NCBI GenBank assembly: GCA_050575255.1
Contig: JBNZDD010013687.1
Coordinates: forward strand, 942,373 to 1,006,372
Direction: 5' to 3'
DNA: 64,000 nucleotides
Origin: Harriotta raleighana
Taxonomy: Eukaryota
Shown here: positions 38,732 to 52,549 of the stretch, one piece after another
How positions within the stretch are numbered: position 1 is the first letter of the stretch
Layout of the letters: each line of letters starts with the position of its first letter
Notes under the pieces: generated by a model
Seen by the model: the letters and a program-made list of their open reading frames with translations, nothing else
Database searches by the model: none
What the model was told of the DNA's origin: nothing
Made by a program: the position numbers and the translations under genes

Positions 38732-39995
38732 TCCGACTACCCTGTAAATCTTGCCAATGAGCCAGGCTGGCTGGTCTATCATCAGCAATGTCTTGGGAAT
38801 GTCTTGTGGACCCACCTGGCTCAAGAACCAGTCTATGGGGATCACCACAGAAAGTCAACTTGACTTCAAAATTCCATTGCCAAACGTATTATCTCAAAGC
38901 CATCTCAGTCCCAGGCCAACCTTGCTTAGTTTTCCCTTGCTCCCATATTGGTACATATATGAATGAAAACTTCAACTGTAATTGTAACCACAAAAAAAAT
39001 GCTGTAAATATAATCTTATAAAATGGCAGAATAATGTTTTCTACATTTTCAATTTGCATGATGTCAGTCAGAAGAATTAAACTCTCAAGTTCCATAATTT
39101 ACAAATCGCACTGTTTTGAAACTGAGGACTGAATATTATTTTGTAACCTTCACAAAGCATTTGCGGTATTGTACAAGTTTTCAATTGGTACAGTATCAGA
39201 GGAGTTGTTAACATTTGCCACAGGATGATGAAGTACAAGCTCTGTAAGGGCCAGCACCAGAATTGGATTTGTGTACATGTTTCGCCCACAGATATACAGT
39301 CATTTTTTCCTACTCCTTTCCCTGAGCCCTCCCCCATACTTGGCTGTACAGCGCTTTGGGACGTCCTCCCGACGTGAAAGGCGCTTTATAAATAAAATTT
39401 TGATTTTTGATTGATGTACCGACTAAAAAGAAGATGCTTTAAGAAAGTTGTAATGTATCATTGTATGGCTGTGGTGCATTGGACTGTTTTCTGTTACAGA
39501 TGATTGTGATCCATTGAATGATCGGAGTGTAACCCATTTACTTCAAAATAGCTACCTCTGTCATCTTGTTTTTTCACCAATCTGAATATCATGCAAAATT
39601 ATGGACAGAATTGTAGGAAATGTACCATATGAGATGTCTAATTGTGTCATAGATTCAACATAAAAATGGGATTGCCCCAGGTGAAAATTCTTAATAATAA
39701 TCAATAATAATAATCCCTAATGTTGATATAATACCTTACGTTGTCAAAGCATCTCCAAGTATTTCACAGATTTTACTGTAACATGTAGTGATTATGTTTT
39801 GCTGGCAAACACAACTTCCAATTGATGCACTGCAATGGACCTTTTTCCATTTAGAGGGTTGTTAAATAGCAGACTGGGATTGGCTCCCTTCCTCTCTTCG
39901 AATTAAAAGTAGCTTCTATTATCACATTGGTAACATTTATTCAGCTGTTGACATACAGTATTACCAATAAAACCACCTTCAATTTGTAGAGATAA

Positions 39996-40220
39996 AATAA
40001 TAATAATAATCCTTTCATTTGATATAGCTCTTTTCATATCTTATCGACATCCCAAAGCGCTTCACAGAATATACTGTAAAGTGAATTGACTGTATATTTG
40101 TGGGCAGAACGCGGCAGCCAATTGCGCACAGCAGCGTCCCACAAACAGTCGTGGATTGAAATGACCAATTTTATTATTGTGGTTTTTTGGAGGGATTATT
40201 ATTATTATATTATTATTATA
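39996..40220 (-). mobile_element. SINE lacking the tRNA head, ending at an expanded internal (TAA)n
   Basis: Nearly identical to 12531-12735. An older fragment lies at ~39705-39835. Confidence 0.88.
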
Positions 40221-41018
40221 ATAATTCATTATAGCAATTATAGTGACATTGATGATACACTTCAATAAGCAAATCATTTTCTATAATAAATTACTATGCT
40301 ACCTTTAAGAAGGTAATTCCCTCTATTTTGTTTGGCAATGTACATTAACAAACCGAAAGAAGTGAAAAATGTTGCCCCTTGTTTAGCTTGTTTTTACTGT
40401 TCACTCCTTTTTGTTTATTTCAGGAAATTCCCATTTATTTGAGGTCAAACCGTCTCCTTGCCTCTGCCAATATAGTTCTCTTCCCAGACATCAGATGATG
40501 GGGGAAGAGTGCCCCCAGATGACTTGTTTAATGTTCCCTATCTCTAAAGCGCAGAAACAGACCATTCTTCCCAACAAGTCTGTGTCAGTGTACATATTCC
40601 ACATGAGCCTTCATCCTTCCTAATAACCCCTTCCACAACACTGTATTCCCTATTCTGTTTTAAGGTTGGAGACTTGTGAAAAGGAACATGATCGCATATC
40701 TCTTCCTTCCACACAATGACATCAATCAATCAATCAAAATTACATTTATATAGTGCCTTTCACGTCGGGAGGAGTAGGGATCAGAGTGGGGGGCGGGGGG
40801 GGGGAGGGGGTCATGGAAAGGAAAGTAAGAAAAATTGACTGTATGTTTGTGGGCGAAAACAACATAGTGTGTTAGTGCATCAGTGTGTTAAAACAATACA
40901 TTTTACTTTACGTGACCGAAACTTAAATTATTTCTCACAATGACAAAATTATTCACCATGTACATTTCAGTTTCCGGTTTCAAATTAATCTTCACATCAA
41001 TAAAGTATTTCAAATATT

Positions 41019-41334
41019 GGAGTCCTGCAGCTCAGTAGTTAGAGCACTCGCCTTACAAGTGAATGAGCTGGGTTCAATTCCAGGCAGGATGAAACCTTGA
41101 GCAAGATTCCTTACTCCACACGCCTAATAATAATCCCTTGAAAAAATCTAATAATATACTGGTAATTTCAATCCATGACTATTTGTGGGACCCTGCTGTG
41201 CACAATTGGCTGCCATATTTCACCCACATATATACAGTCAATTCACTTTACAGTATATTTTGTGAAGCTCTTTGAGACGTTGAGAAGATGTGAAAAGTGC
41301 TAAATTGCAATTGCAAGGATTATTACTGTTATTA
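41019..41334 (+). mobile_element. full-length SINE
   Basis: ggagtcctgcagctcagtagttagagcactcgccttacaag...ggttcaattcc...tgcaaggattatta. Confidence 0.9.
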
Positions 41335-41611
41335 AATCCAGAAAGTAGAGAGAAGTTTTGCTCTGGCTTTGAGCTGACTTTTTTAAAATATTGTTATTAG
41401 TTGTCCAATATCATTAAAACACAAGCACCTAATTTCAGTGTTCAGTTTCTGGATGGATAGACAGTGGTGTGTAGACTGAAATGCCAAAATCGATGCTGGA
41501 TTTTGTGGAGGCTAGATTCAAAGCAATGTAATAATAATGATAATAATGAGTAGGAAGTATATGTCAACATGTTAAATTAATGACATTAACCTATGTTCTG
41601 TTCTCCAACAG

Positions 41612-42285
41612 AAAGAGTTTGAGTTGAAACTTTTCGATGTGCGTGGGGAGCATGCCGAAGTGATAGCTAGGTTTGAAGAGCACATTGCTCAACAGAGGAA
41701 TAAAGACGGGAGAGCTGAAAGCAGAGACGTTGGAGTTTCCACACAAGATGAATATGTGCCAAAATCGTTTCGCAATGTCTGTGCCCAGACTGACAGGGAG
41801 AATTTCATACAATCAAACCAAGAGGACAGTGTTACCCGAAACAATCAGTCTGTACCAGGAAAGCTGAACCTTGAATCCTTGTGCTTCAGCGGTCAGTCAG
41901 ATCAATCCTCACAAGCATCAGGGTCTATACCACCTCCACCTGCCCCACCCCTACCAGGCTCTGTCCCTCCCCCTGCCCCACCCCTACCAGGCTTTGGACC
42001 TCCCCCTGCCCCACCCCTTCCAGGTTCTGGACCTCCCCGTGCCCCACCCCTACCAGGCTTTGGACCTCCCTCTGCCCCACCCCTACCAGGTTCTGGACCT
42101 CCCACTGCCCCACCCCTTCCCCCACCCCCTCCAGGTTGTGGGCCTCCCCCTCCCCCACCACCCTTTGGCAATTTTTCAGGTCTCTCTAGTCACAGTTTGG
42201 CCACAACACCACGGAAGGCACCGATAGAACCAAGTTGCCCTATGAAACCTTTGTACTGGTCAAGGATTCAGATTAACAAAGTCAG
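41612..42285 (+). CDS. FMN1: FMN1 exon encoding the coiled-coil end, FH1 polyproline domain and FH2 lasso ([10 protein letters not shown])
   Basis: Acceptor ttctccaacag, donor AG|gtact. 674 nt, phase 0 to 2. Overlaps ORF 41624..42292. Confidence 0.96.
41939..42121 (+). repeat. coding 33-bp minisatellite (about 5.5 copies of xAPPLPG[F/S]GPP) in FH1
   Basis: Unit CCTGCCCCACCCCTACCAGGCTTTGGACCTCCC, with copies starting at 41939, 41972, 42005, 42038, 42071 and 42104. Confidence 0.93.
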
Positions 42286-42404
42286 GTACTGAACTGTAGA
42301 GCTACGTTTACTTAAATACATCTAGTATAATGGAATACCCTAATCATTTTCCTTTCATATTATACTGCTTACAGATTGTTTATAGCACATGTGCGTCTCT
42401 CATT

Positions 42405-42700
42405 CTGTTGAGCACAGCAGTATCTCATGAGTACCCATGAAGTAATGACCAATTTGGGGGGAGAGGGAATTCTTAGCCAGAATCCTAGGAGAATCTCAAT
42501 TCTCTTTTCAATTAGTGCCATGAGATCTTTAACATCTACCTAGACAGGCATACGGGTCCTTGGTTTAATGTGCTATCCAAACAACAGTATGTTTAGTAGT
42601 GCAGAACTCCCCAATGCTGCTTTGGAATATCATCACACAAATGATGTAAGTTCAAACTCCCAACGGGACGGACATGAACTCAGTATAAATTAGAGGTGGG
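42405..42700 (-). mobile_element. old DeuSINE
   Basis: ttctcttttcaattagtgccatgagatctttaacatctacctagacaggcatacgggtccttggtttaatgtg is the reverse complement of the Deu core. Confidence 0.75.
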
Positions 42701-44331
42701 GTGGTGAAGCTGGAGCTAATGTGAATCACCCTTGTTTCTATTTGAATCCAATTGGAGAAAGGAATTTTCAGAGCAGCTCAATTGACCCAAGTGCGGAGAA
42801 TGTGAATGAACTTGAGTTCTGCTACCCAATGATTCTCTGATAGTTCTCAGTCTCCCAGCTAGCTCTTTAATCACCGTAAAAAGCTAAGATCTGAACTACA
42901 AAATCCAATGTTAGTTATTGTTTAAAGGCCTTGGTGCCGAATGAGGAGTGGGCAGTATAAATCGGGCTTCTCACTCCACATCATTGTACTGCAGTATAAG
43001 AGCTGCATCAAATATCTCCATCGGGTCCCTACCATTTATGATGAATAATCAGTTTCAACTTGGATTGAATTTGTATAGCTTCTTTTTCCATTTTTCTTTT
43101 CAGACTAACTATATAGTAGCAATAAATCAAACTGCATTGGTTAAGTGGGTCTCTTTCTTTCTGCTTTTACATTAGTCTTTTCTTGTGGTACAGTAAAAGT
43201 TTACTTCTTGTCAAAACAGTGTTAATTTTATTAAATCCAGGCTATCTCTAAATGCACAAGCTATCAACTATCATTAAATGTTTGAATGATTGTGCCAAAA
43301 AGACCTGGAAAAGCTTTGCTTTCATAGCATTTAGCAGAACACGAATAATTGTGCACTGTTAGTTGTCGTCTGCAAATTTAAAATATTATACTAATGTAAG
43401 CAATGTTTTATAGCATTTTAACCAAACTGTAAATGCTAAGAAATGTTGGAAGTAGCTTGGGTGCCACTATCCTGGCTACCACTTAAGCCTTCTGGAAGTA
43501 ATCACATTTTCCTTTGTGTAATGGATGACAATGGTATTATGAAACTGGAGCCATAATAACTCCAGCCCGTCTCTTGCCCTTCTCAGTGTCTCACCTCCAA
43601 AGTGCTTTTTATTTTCTGCATTTAACTTGTTGCCTTTTATTATTCTCTGGTGCTTTACATCAAATTGGTCTGTGTAAATTGTAAGTCTTATCTTACGAAC
43701 GTCCTCTTTTCAAATAAAAATTAAAGCAGTTTTGGCAGTGTAAGGTACACCTTTGCTGATGTACCTCATTTCTATGTCCTGCACACATTGTTTCAGTGCT
43801 GCAAGGAATAGGAACAACAATGGTTACCTGGCCTTTAATTTCAGATTCTTTGGCTCTAGTATAAGATTTATTGCATTGCTCTATTAGCAGTCCACACATT
43901 AGGCCTCAATTGTCTTCATAATACTTAATGGTGATGTGTAAAACTTCTTAAATAAAGAAATAACTGGAGGTTAGTCTCTCCCAAAGGGCTTAGAAAACCT
44001 AAGCATTAAACTCTAATGAGTCAGAACTATTCCCAAAGCAGCCCCATTATCCTGAGGTGTCCAACATTGTACACTGAATTCGAAGCTCAATTTTGATGTG
44101 TATCATTCAATAAGGTTAGTCACAGAGCTTCTTTAGTAAATATTGAAGATGTTTTGATACAAAACAAAATTCTGTGAACAGGGTTTGCAATGCCAATGAA
44201 TTTTCCTATTATATTTTAAGTGACTTTGTTTAGAAAATCTTAATGTAAAATTCATATAAGGACATTTCAAGCCAGTTGCTTTTCTCATGCCTGGAACTTC
44301 ATTGATGACCACTCATTTTGCTCTTTTCCAG

Positions 44332-44482
44332 TGATCCAAAAAAAATAACTGTTTGGGAGACACTGGAAGAACCTTGCATCCAGGATCCTGGAGAATTTGA
44401 GGAACTTTTCTCTAAGGCAACTATGAAAGAGAAAAAAAAACCCTTGTCCGACACTTACCAAAAGACAACCAAAACTAAAAAG
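44332..44482 (+). CDS. FMN1: FMN1 FH2 exon ([50 protein letters not shown])
   Basis: Acceptor ctcttttccag, donor AAG|gttaga. 151 nt, phase 2 to 0. Confidence 0.95.
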
Positions 44483-44814
44483 GTTAGATTTGGGGAACAT
44501 TTGCAATGCCTGAAAAAAACTGCTCCTTTTGCAGTGACTTTGACAATATGTGCTCATAATGGAAAGGTCCCATTCCAAGTACTGTACTATCATTCAAGTC
44601 ACTACTGTATGTAGCATATTGAGAAATTTAATCCCCAGATTATTTAAATGTTTATTTTTGGATGAAATGTTATACCCATGGATATACAGTATCTATATTG
44701 GGGAATGAAACGCTAAGACTTCAGATTCCGATTGCATAAATCAAACATTCTTGGGTTGGAATAGCATGAATTTGATACCGAGAAAAGCTCCATCTCTTTC
44801 ACGCGCTTATAGTC

Positions 44815-45000
44815 ATAATGATAATCCTTCAGATTTTATCATATTTATCATATTTTTGAGTTGTTTCAAAGTGTTTCACAAAATATACTATAAAGTGAAT
44901 TGACTGTATATTTTGTGGGGTGAAACACGGCAGCCAATTGCACACAGCAGTTTCCCACAAACACTCCTAGACTGAGTGACCAAATTATTATTATTATTTG
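44815..45000 (-). mobile_element. SINE 3' half
   Basis: aaagtgaattgactgtatattttgtggggtgaaacacggcagccaattgcacacagcagtttcccacaaac. Confidence 0.85.
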
Positions 45001-46486
45001 TTAGTTTAGTAAATATTTAATCTCATTTAAACAAAATACATCAGCTATTCAACAATAGGACATTATGGATATACCTAGGGACTCTGTACTACTTTAACCT
45101 TTCATATACAGTATTTAGAAAAGCACTAAATCCAATAAGGAAACAATACTCTTTACAATGATGTGACTCAATTCAGAGATAGTTACACCTCATATCTCTG
45201 CCAAGAGAACTTTTAGAGGAAACAGACAGACTAGGTATTTCTATCTGGCATTCTGGTTGCAAAATATAATTGTTCAAAATGTCAGACATTTTTTGATTGT
45301 TGCATTGCTGAAGTAAGAGAAATGATCAATCTTGGCTGAATTCCTTCCAGCCCCTGGGGAAAGCAGAAAGGTCAAAATTGTCCAAATATCACTAAATTCT
45401 CCCCTTGTTTTTCTGATATGTGGAACTTTGGAGCTTGGGTCAAATTATTGTTTGGGGCTGAATTTCTGCCTGTTTAAATCATCCACTTTATGTTTCTTTG
45501 GGCTGCAAACGGTTTCCACACAAAAATCTACAGTTAAGGTGGAGGGGAAATCTGTTTACTTTAGATTCAATGCAGCTTTCCGCAGCTGTAGACTTCAGTT
45601 TCGATGTAACAGGCTTCAGAATGCACAAACACCTATAGAGTTCTTGCTGCTATGAAAGATACTTTTGCTTAAGAAGAGTTTGAAGAACTAGCCTTCCTAA
45701 TGGGTTGATATATTAACAAGAAAGGAATAATTGTCTTAATCTTATCTGAAGATGAGTGTCAGAAAGTTGAATTAAACTTGTGGGGAAGGAAGTTAGACAC
45801 CCTTTACAAATCTGGTGGTATACACCAATTGGAAGAAATGTTGGTTATTATACTGCTCATTGCAAAATATCCATATTCAGTGCAGAGTTGATTTATGTTG
45901 CTGAATTCTTAGCTCCTAGCAATATTAGAAGAAGATCACTGTCGGAGGCTGTCAATTTGGGATCTGTTCAAGACTTGACTTTTCACACCATTTCATAAGA
46001 CAATGAAGCTGAGAAATCCCATAGTATCATCAAGCCCCATGATGATCAGCATATTACTTGCGTAATATATCTTGGGTATTCTTAAGAAGAGATTGAAGAA
46101 AGTCTGCAAAGCAACAGACTGGATTTAAAACAAAACCTTCACAACAGTTTACTTTATTTGGTTTTACTCTTGAGAAATAATTGTTGTATGATTCAAGAGA
46201 AAATGGTACTGTAATGGAAATGGATTCCACGGAGACTGGTCATCATTTAAGGGCAGCGCTCATCTCTATTTCTATAGCAGTTTTGAGCCAGAAGTGTCAT
46301 ATGACAATTTCTTTGGCTGCACAGCCAATGTTTATCTATGGATTCATGTTATTCTCCCACATTACAAGGACTTATTTTGACGGCCTTTAAAGGATAGGAG
46401 ACAGATTGGGTATTGATAGATTCAAACCCAGAATCTTGGCTACGAGCCAAGCACTCCACCAGCTCTTTTATAAGATTAATAAACTT

Positions 46487-46825
46487 AATAATAATCCTTG
46501 CTTTTGGTAAAGCACATGCAGGATATACTGTTAAGTGGGGTGAGTGTGCATGTGTAGGCGAATGCAGCAAGCAATTTTACATGCATGATTATCCCACAAA
46601 CGGATGGATTAAATGATTAATTTTGTCTGGTGGGTGGTGACCAAGATACCGGGAGAAACTCACTTCTCTTTTCAAATAATGCCATGGGATCCTTTTAACA
46701 TCCATCTGAACATGCAGACAGAACTTTGGTTTAAGGTCTCATCTGAAACATGGCATCAACAACAGTACACCAAACCCCCAGCAGTACATTGGAATGTCGC
46801 CTTAACTATATGAGTTCCAAATCCT
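46487..46825 (-). mobile_element. old DeuSINE with full Deu core
   Basis: ttcaaataatgccatgggatccttttaacatccatctgaacatgcagacagaactttggtttaaggtctcatctgaaacatggcatc. Confidence 0.8.
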
Positions 46826-47889
46826 GACTCACAAGTTTTGTAGACAGCTGTTTTGCATTTTGGTATAGCTGCCATGCCTCCACCAACATTCATGTAAACT
46901 CACTACAACTCCTGAACATTCTTTGACAAAATATTTCTGGGTAAATATTTTAAGAATCCTTGCATTTGATATAGTACCTTATCACATTGTCGAGATGTCT
47001 CTTAGTGCTTCACATGATTTAAATGATATCTTCCCTTGTACGTTTCAAGGCGAAGGCAAAATGTTCAACGTAAACTAAAACAAATGTACAGAAACATTGG
47101 AATTGTGGCAGAGTATAGTTAAATAATAACTAACATCTGTTTAAGCTGGTTATCCTGCACAATAAATTTATGCTGAAAAATAAACGCCTTTCTGGATCAT
47201 TGCCCACATGTTGGAGTGTTTGCTTTTGACAAAAAGGACTGACCCAGACTGCTGGTGGTGATGGTATGGGGTTGAGGGGGGAGGTGAAGCTGAGGTTGTG
47301 CACAACAAATTGTATATGCCATTTTCAAGTCTGCACAGAAATTTCTGTGGAGATGGGAGCTTTGGCAGTGGAGTAACACTGTGTTAACCCAATGGTAGGA
47401 GTCTAAACACCACTTTGTACAGTATATAAATCATGATTGCCTAATATTACGAATCAATGCTGTATTTTACGCTTGCCATACAAATCTACATATCACATAT
47501 AATGTATACATAGTATTATATTTGCTTTGCCTTTTGTGTATGCCTGACCTATGCAACACCTGGATGAAATTCTGTTGTGTTGAAATTTTGAATTCTGTCA
47601 TCCAAAAGAAAGTCAAGAAAAGCTGATAAGACCGGGTCCAGGGCCAAAAAAAAATTATCTCTTCCTTAAATATACTTTCCACATATTGGGTAAAAAAACA
47701 AGAGAATTGAAGGTATTCAACCACCTGGATTCAATTCCTTTTTGGAACGAAAATTATTTAGGTTTTGTTCATAAGATGAAACTGTAGCTAGTACAAACCT
47801 ATAATCGTAATATAAAGCATACAAAAGTTTCTGGAAATTCCAGTATTTTCAGTAAAGCATTCGAGGTGCGAAACTTTGTACCATATTCT

Positions 47890-48035
47890 CCCTCCATAGC
47901 TGTTGGCCATTATCTACTCATCAAGCATTGGCTCTTGCTAGCCTGTGTTTAATATCCTTCAGAATTAAGCAGTGTGCATATTTCTCTGTGTTCCTCTCCA
48001 GGGGAGACAGTGTACACTCCATTCCAGTCAGAGAA
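47890..48035 (-). mobile_element. palindromic repeat family fragment
   Basis: ttggctcttgctagcctgtgtttaatat...ggggagacagtgtacactccattccag. A related piece lies at 56110-56160. Confidence 0.55.
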
Positions 48036-50581
48036 ATATCTATGTATGATATGTGCAACTCTGCCTGGCCAAGGTGATAAATCAGAACAAACCTCGGAAA
48101 TCTTTTGTAAAGTTTTTATTTAACATCATTAAATGTTATTCTGTTTTAAACATGATCTAAAAAAAAATCAAATAATGCCAATCATGCCGTGGCATGTTTA
48201 AAGAGCTTCAGAAACATAGTTCTGTCATCCAAGAATCAGAAATATAGTTTGACTGCCCAGGGAAGTATTCACTGAGAGATGAGAAAGTAAAATGACAATG
48301 TACTTGCATGAATAACTTGACCCACTTTGTGGCAGCCCCTTAGTTTAAAAGAGGTGGTAAACTGTGAGGGATCACTCACGTACACATCACACAAAAAAAA
48401 GTGACAACTTTCAGATGTTTATGAAATGTATCCAGAGGTCTGAACGTGTGTGCTTAGAAGTAAGAATAAACTGTATTAAATAGCACATTGTGAATGCCTT
48501 AAGTTTCTATGGCTTTGATTTTCTGTTAACTAACGGAGAGGAGGGCAGCTTGTCTTATGTAGGTAAATGTAATTTGAGTAGAATAACAGCTGCCCTACAA
48601 AAATATTGTTCATTGTCATTTAACATAAAAGAAAATTAGTCAGAGTGTATTTTTCTTTTCTTATTCCACACTACAATACTACCATTTAACTAGGAGTAAT
48701 ATGGCTTCAAAAATCTAATCACATAAATCTTAAGTCACAAAAATGTTATTTAAGTGAGCACTAAGGAAAGGATCAAAAGAGTTAGGGATATAATGGAGAC
48801 ATTTTTAACAGCATGTGGTAAAAGTGTATACACATACATTTTAAAGCAGCTAGCGGTATTTAGCAAAATTGTTTTGCAACCCTATGGAAATCTCAACGTA
48901 AAACTGTTATAGAAAATATTTTTCTTTCTGATTGTAGTAGTGTGAACCTACACCAAGCTCAGAAGCAAATTAAAAAAATATACAACTTCATTTATTTTAA
49001 ATGTTTATGAAAATGGGGGATGGTCAAGCAATTTGTTAAATCAGGCAACGATATTAAAGTCTATCAGTCAGTCTATATGTCCTTTGGCAAAATGATTATC
49101 ATATCAAAGACACGAGGTGACACTCAAGTTAATAACTTATCTGTTGTCTTTTTTTCCCCTTTGAAATAACTTAAAGTAATGATTAGCAGATGTTCTTGCT
49201 TAAGGTCTAATGTAAATGGTGCTCTTTTGAGAGGAAATTTTTAAAGGTTAGATTAGTAATGTAAAATAGAGAGGATGTACATGTCACTGCATTTTCCCTT
49301 TGAATCACAGGATGAGATCTTACCCTTAAAATGCATACTTACAGGAAATACTGTGAAGAAGCAGAGATGTAATGTTTTTCACAGGCTCTTTGTCAGTACG
49401 GAAGTTAGGTAGAAAGGAAAGCCCATGAGAAGAAAACAATTGATTTATTAGTCTCCAATGAAAGAAAATAAATATATTACATTGTATATCTGGAGAAGAA
49501 TGATATAAAGCAGCATACCTAAAACAACGAACATACCTTAACTATTTACTCTTGAGGTTCGACATGTAAACTTACATACTACATCTAATAGTAGTCAAGA
49601 GAGGACAAAAATATCAACATGAACATGCTAACAATTGTATATGTTTCACTCATAATCTTCACTGGAGTATGTAATGCAGAGATGGGAATGAAAATAATGT
49701 TTACAATGTGTGTTGGAACATTTAAAATATCTCCATTTATCAATTGTTTACTCCAGTTTAACATGTATTTTAAGTATCTTTATCAATTTCCTAAGATACT
49801 ATCACATATGTTAAATATCTATATCAAATGCAAGGATTATTATTATTATTATTATCTACACACAGTAGAAGACCAATTCACCTTGTATGGAAATTTTGTA
49901 ATACTTTTGCAAATAACAAAATATTTGGTTTGCTATGAGTGCACTCATTTTAAACATGCCATGTGTAAAAGCTTGGCCTCAAACAAGTATTCCTAATAGA
50001 GATTACAGCAACATAATCAGTTGCCCTAGAAGTAGGTCAATTGGAAGGTCATTTAAAGCTGTACAAATTATGTATAGTCAAAGACTGCAATTATCCCTGT
50101 TAGAACTTACTCTACTACCAAGTCTGAAAGTTCAATGGGGATCTGTGTCGCTTTTAGAGATTACTGAGTTTATCTTTACTGTTCAGGCAAAGTTAAAGTT
50201 ACAGTATTAGTGTCGATATCATTAAACTTGGATTAAATCTGGTGCTAAATTCATTTGCACAGAATTGTGCTTAATTTTGCACTTATGGTTATATACTTCT
50301 ATCCAGCACATTTTCCATATACAGTAGTTTGGAAAAATTGGTGAATATTGATGTCAGTAAATTTTATGTTAATTCAGGGAGGTTATTTCCTTAATAGAGT
50401 TCATTGTAAACACGCTTTTAAATGAAATCGTATTGCAACACAATTGGGTAGTTCATGTCATGTCCTCCAGTTGCATTCTGAATATGGTTTCATTTCATAT
50501 TTTCTTTTGTTATTTCAAAGCATTCACTTGTCATATGCAGTAGATACCATCTCAGTTGCAAAGTGGTCATATTAATTAATT

Positions 50582-50930
50582 GTGTCAGCCTGGTACATGG
50601 TAGAACTCTTGCCTCTGAGTCAGAGGGATATGGGTTCAAGCCATGTCAGGATTTCGAATCAGATAATAAGATGCAGTGCAGTGAGATGGGTTGCATTGTC
50701 AGGGGTGCTGTCGTTCAGGTGTAAGTTAAAGATTCCATAGCATTATTCAAAAAGAGAAGGAGATTTCTCCCGATGGCCTGGCCAACAAATCCCCCATATG
50801 AATTTAGTCACTGTTCACATTTTAATACTTCACATTCACTTCTCATTTTACAATACTTCACAACTGATTACGTACATAGAAGGTTGAGAAACGAATAAAG
50901 GAATTTCAATGTGCTATTTCAATGCAACAA
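50582..50930 (+). mobile_element. old DeuSINE (SacSINE1-like from recall)
   Basis: gtgtcagcctggtacatggtagaactcttgcctctgagtcagagggatatgggttcaag...aaagattccatagcattattcaaaaagagaaggagatttctcccgatggcctggccaac. Confidence 0.8.
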
Positions 50931-51055
50931 AAACAGTTCATTGTCTTTTTTTAATCTAGTTTTACTGCTTGGTCTACTAACATATGCTTCAACAGTTACA
51001 TTTTTCTTTTGTCGAATTTTGTAGTCATTTTCTTTCTGTTTTATTTCAATTACAG

Positions 51056-51143
51056 ATTGTAAAGTTACTGGATGGGAAACGCTCCCAAAATGTAGGAATT
51101 CTTATATCAAGTCTGCACTTGGAAATGAAAGATATTCAACAAG
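51056..51143 (+). CDS. FMN1: FMN1 FH2 exon ([29 protein letters not shown])
   Basis: Long pyrimidine tract ending ttacag, donor G|gtact. 88 nt, phase 0 to 1. Contains the conserved FH2 isoleucine motif. Confidence 0.96.
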
Positions 51144-52549
51144 GTACTTGTCTTGATTCATTCTGTGAATGATGGAGCAAATAATATTGCACACACTACA
51201 AATTGCTTCCGTTTCCTCCAAGAGATTTTTTAATGGATTTTCTTGGTGCATTGAGAATCTCTGCTGTATTCAAATTGTTAAAAAGAAAATTGCATTGAAT
51301 ACTTCTGCAAATATCACTTTTCTGATTAACTATTGCGCAAACACTGTTATTCTTGAAGAAGTGCCTTTTGGTTTTAATTGGAAACGTATTTTGTGAGCTT
51401 CTTTTAATTGTGATTCAAAGTCAAATACAAATCAATTTCTTGAATCAGTTGCAGAATTTGTGTACTACACTATTCTTCAAACCGTCAGTTCATTCAATTC
51501 AAACCCCAGGTTCTGATGAGCTTGCAAGCTTTGATCTCTGGCCTCAAATTCTGTGACTTGGTACTTGGGATGAACTTGTTGATCCAAGGGTACAGGGTTC
51601 AGATTTCTTCATGCTATGTTTGTATTGTGTGGCACAGTAGCAGTGTCGCGATGTGGAAGCAAGACATTGGATTTTATAATGCCCACTCCACATCGCATCA
51701 TTTAAAAAATGATTTTACTTTTTTTATAATCCAACCGATTTTGTTCTTATCCGGAGATAATGCACCTTAAGTTTATATGTGCTTTTGTCAATATTATTAA
51801 AGAGCTGGTTGAGGTTAAAGATACATGGTTTGCATTAAAAAAAAATGCTCCAAGTAAAAATTGTTTGTGGCTGTGATGGGAGGGTTTTCTGAGGGGTGAT
51901 AAAAGATGGGTCGAACAGGCTTGTTTTCATCCTAACCAATCTTGTGATCTTGAGAATCCGTATTTTTAAAAAATATGCCTTATTTACATTTCAATACCCA
52001 TTTCACCTGGTTTATAATGAGCAGCAGGTGTTCTGTCTATTTCGAGTCTCAAAAGTGTAACTTATGTTTTGAAAACTTACCTTTCTGGACCAGATTATTG
52101 ATACAGATGTACTCCAATGATACAGATCTTTTCCTGGTAGTTTCCTGAAATATGTCTTTTGTTTCAACAGCACAGATGTTGTTTCTAATAATATTCTTAC
52201 CTGTCTTGGCACAATACAAGATTTGAATAGAAAATCAAAAGCAATCATGGCACATTTTGGCCTGGGAATTGCTCGTGGGCAGGCTGAGAGCAGGTTGGGA
52301 AATGGAGGGAGAATGCCCAGTTTTTAGCAAAACTGAAGGATTTTCAAAAAGGAAGCTGTGTTCATATTGGGCAATAGTTACCATGAGACAATGGTCGCAA
52401 GCAAAACAAACACACGTTAAAAAAAATCAATACTTGGGTTCTTATCCCTAACTTGATAGTAAATGTTTTATGGTTTTGTCTGCAATAAATGTTTTATGGT
52501 ACTTAGATACTTCAACACTTATTTTATCTTGAACCAGCTTTCTGTGTTC

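Noticed and set aside
41939-42121. Regular 33-bp repeats as a CRISPR-like array
   Set aside because: No unique spacers, in-frame coding repeat, vertebrate context.
41871-42227. Overlapping repetitive ORFs in other frames and on the minus strand
   Set aside because: By-products of the stop-poor 33-bp FH1 repeat.
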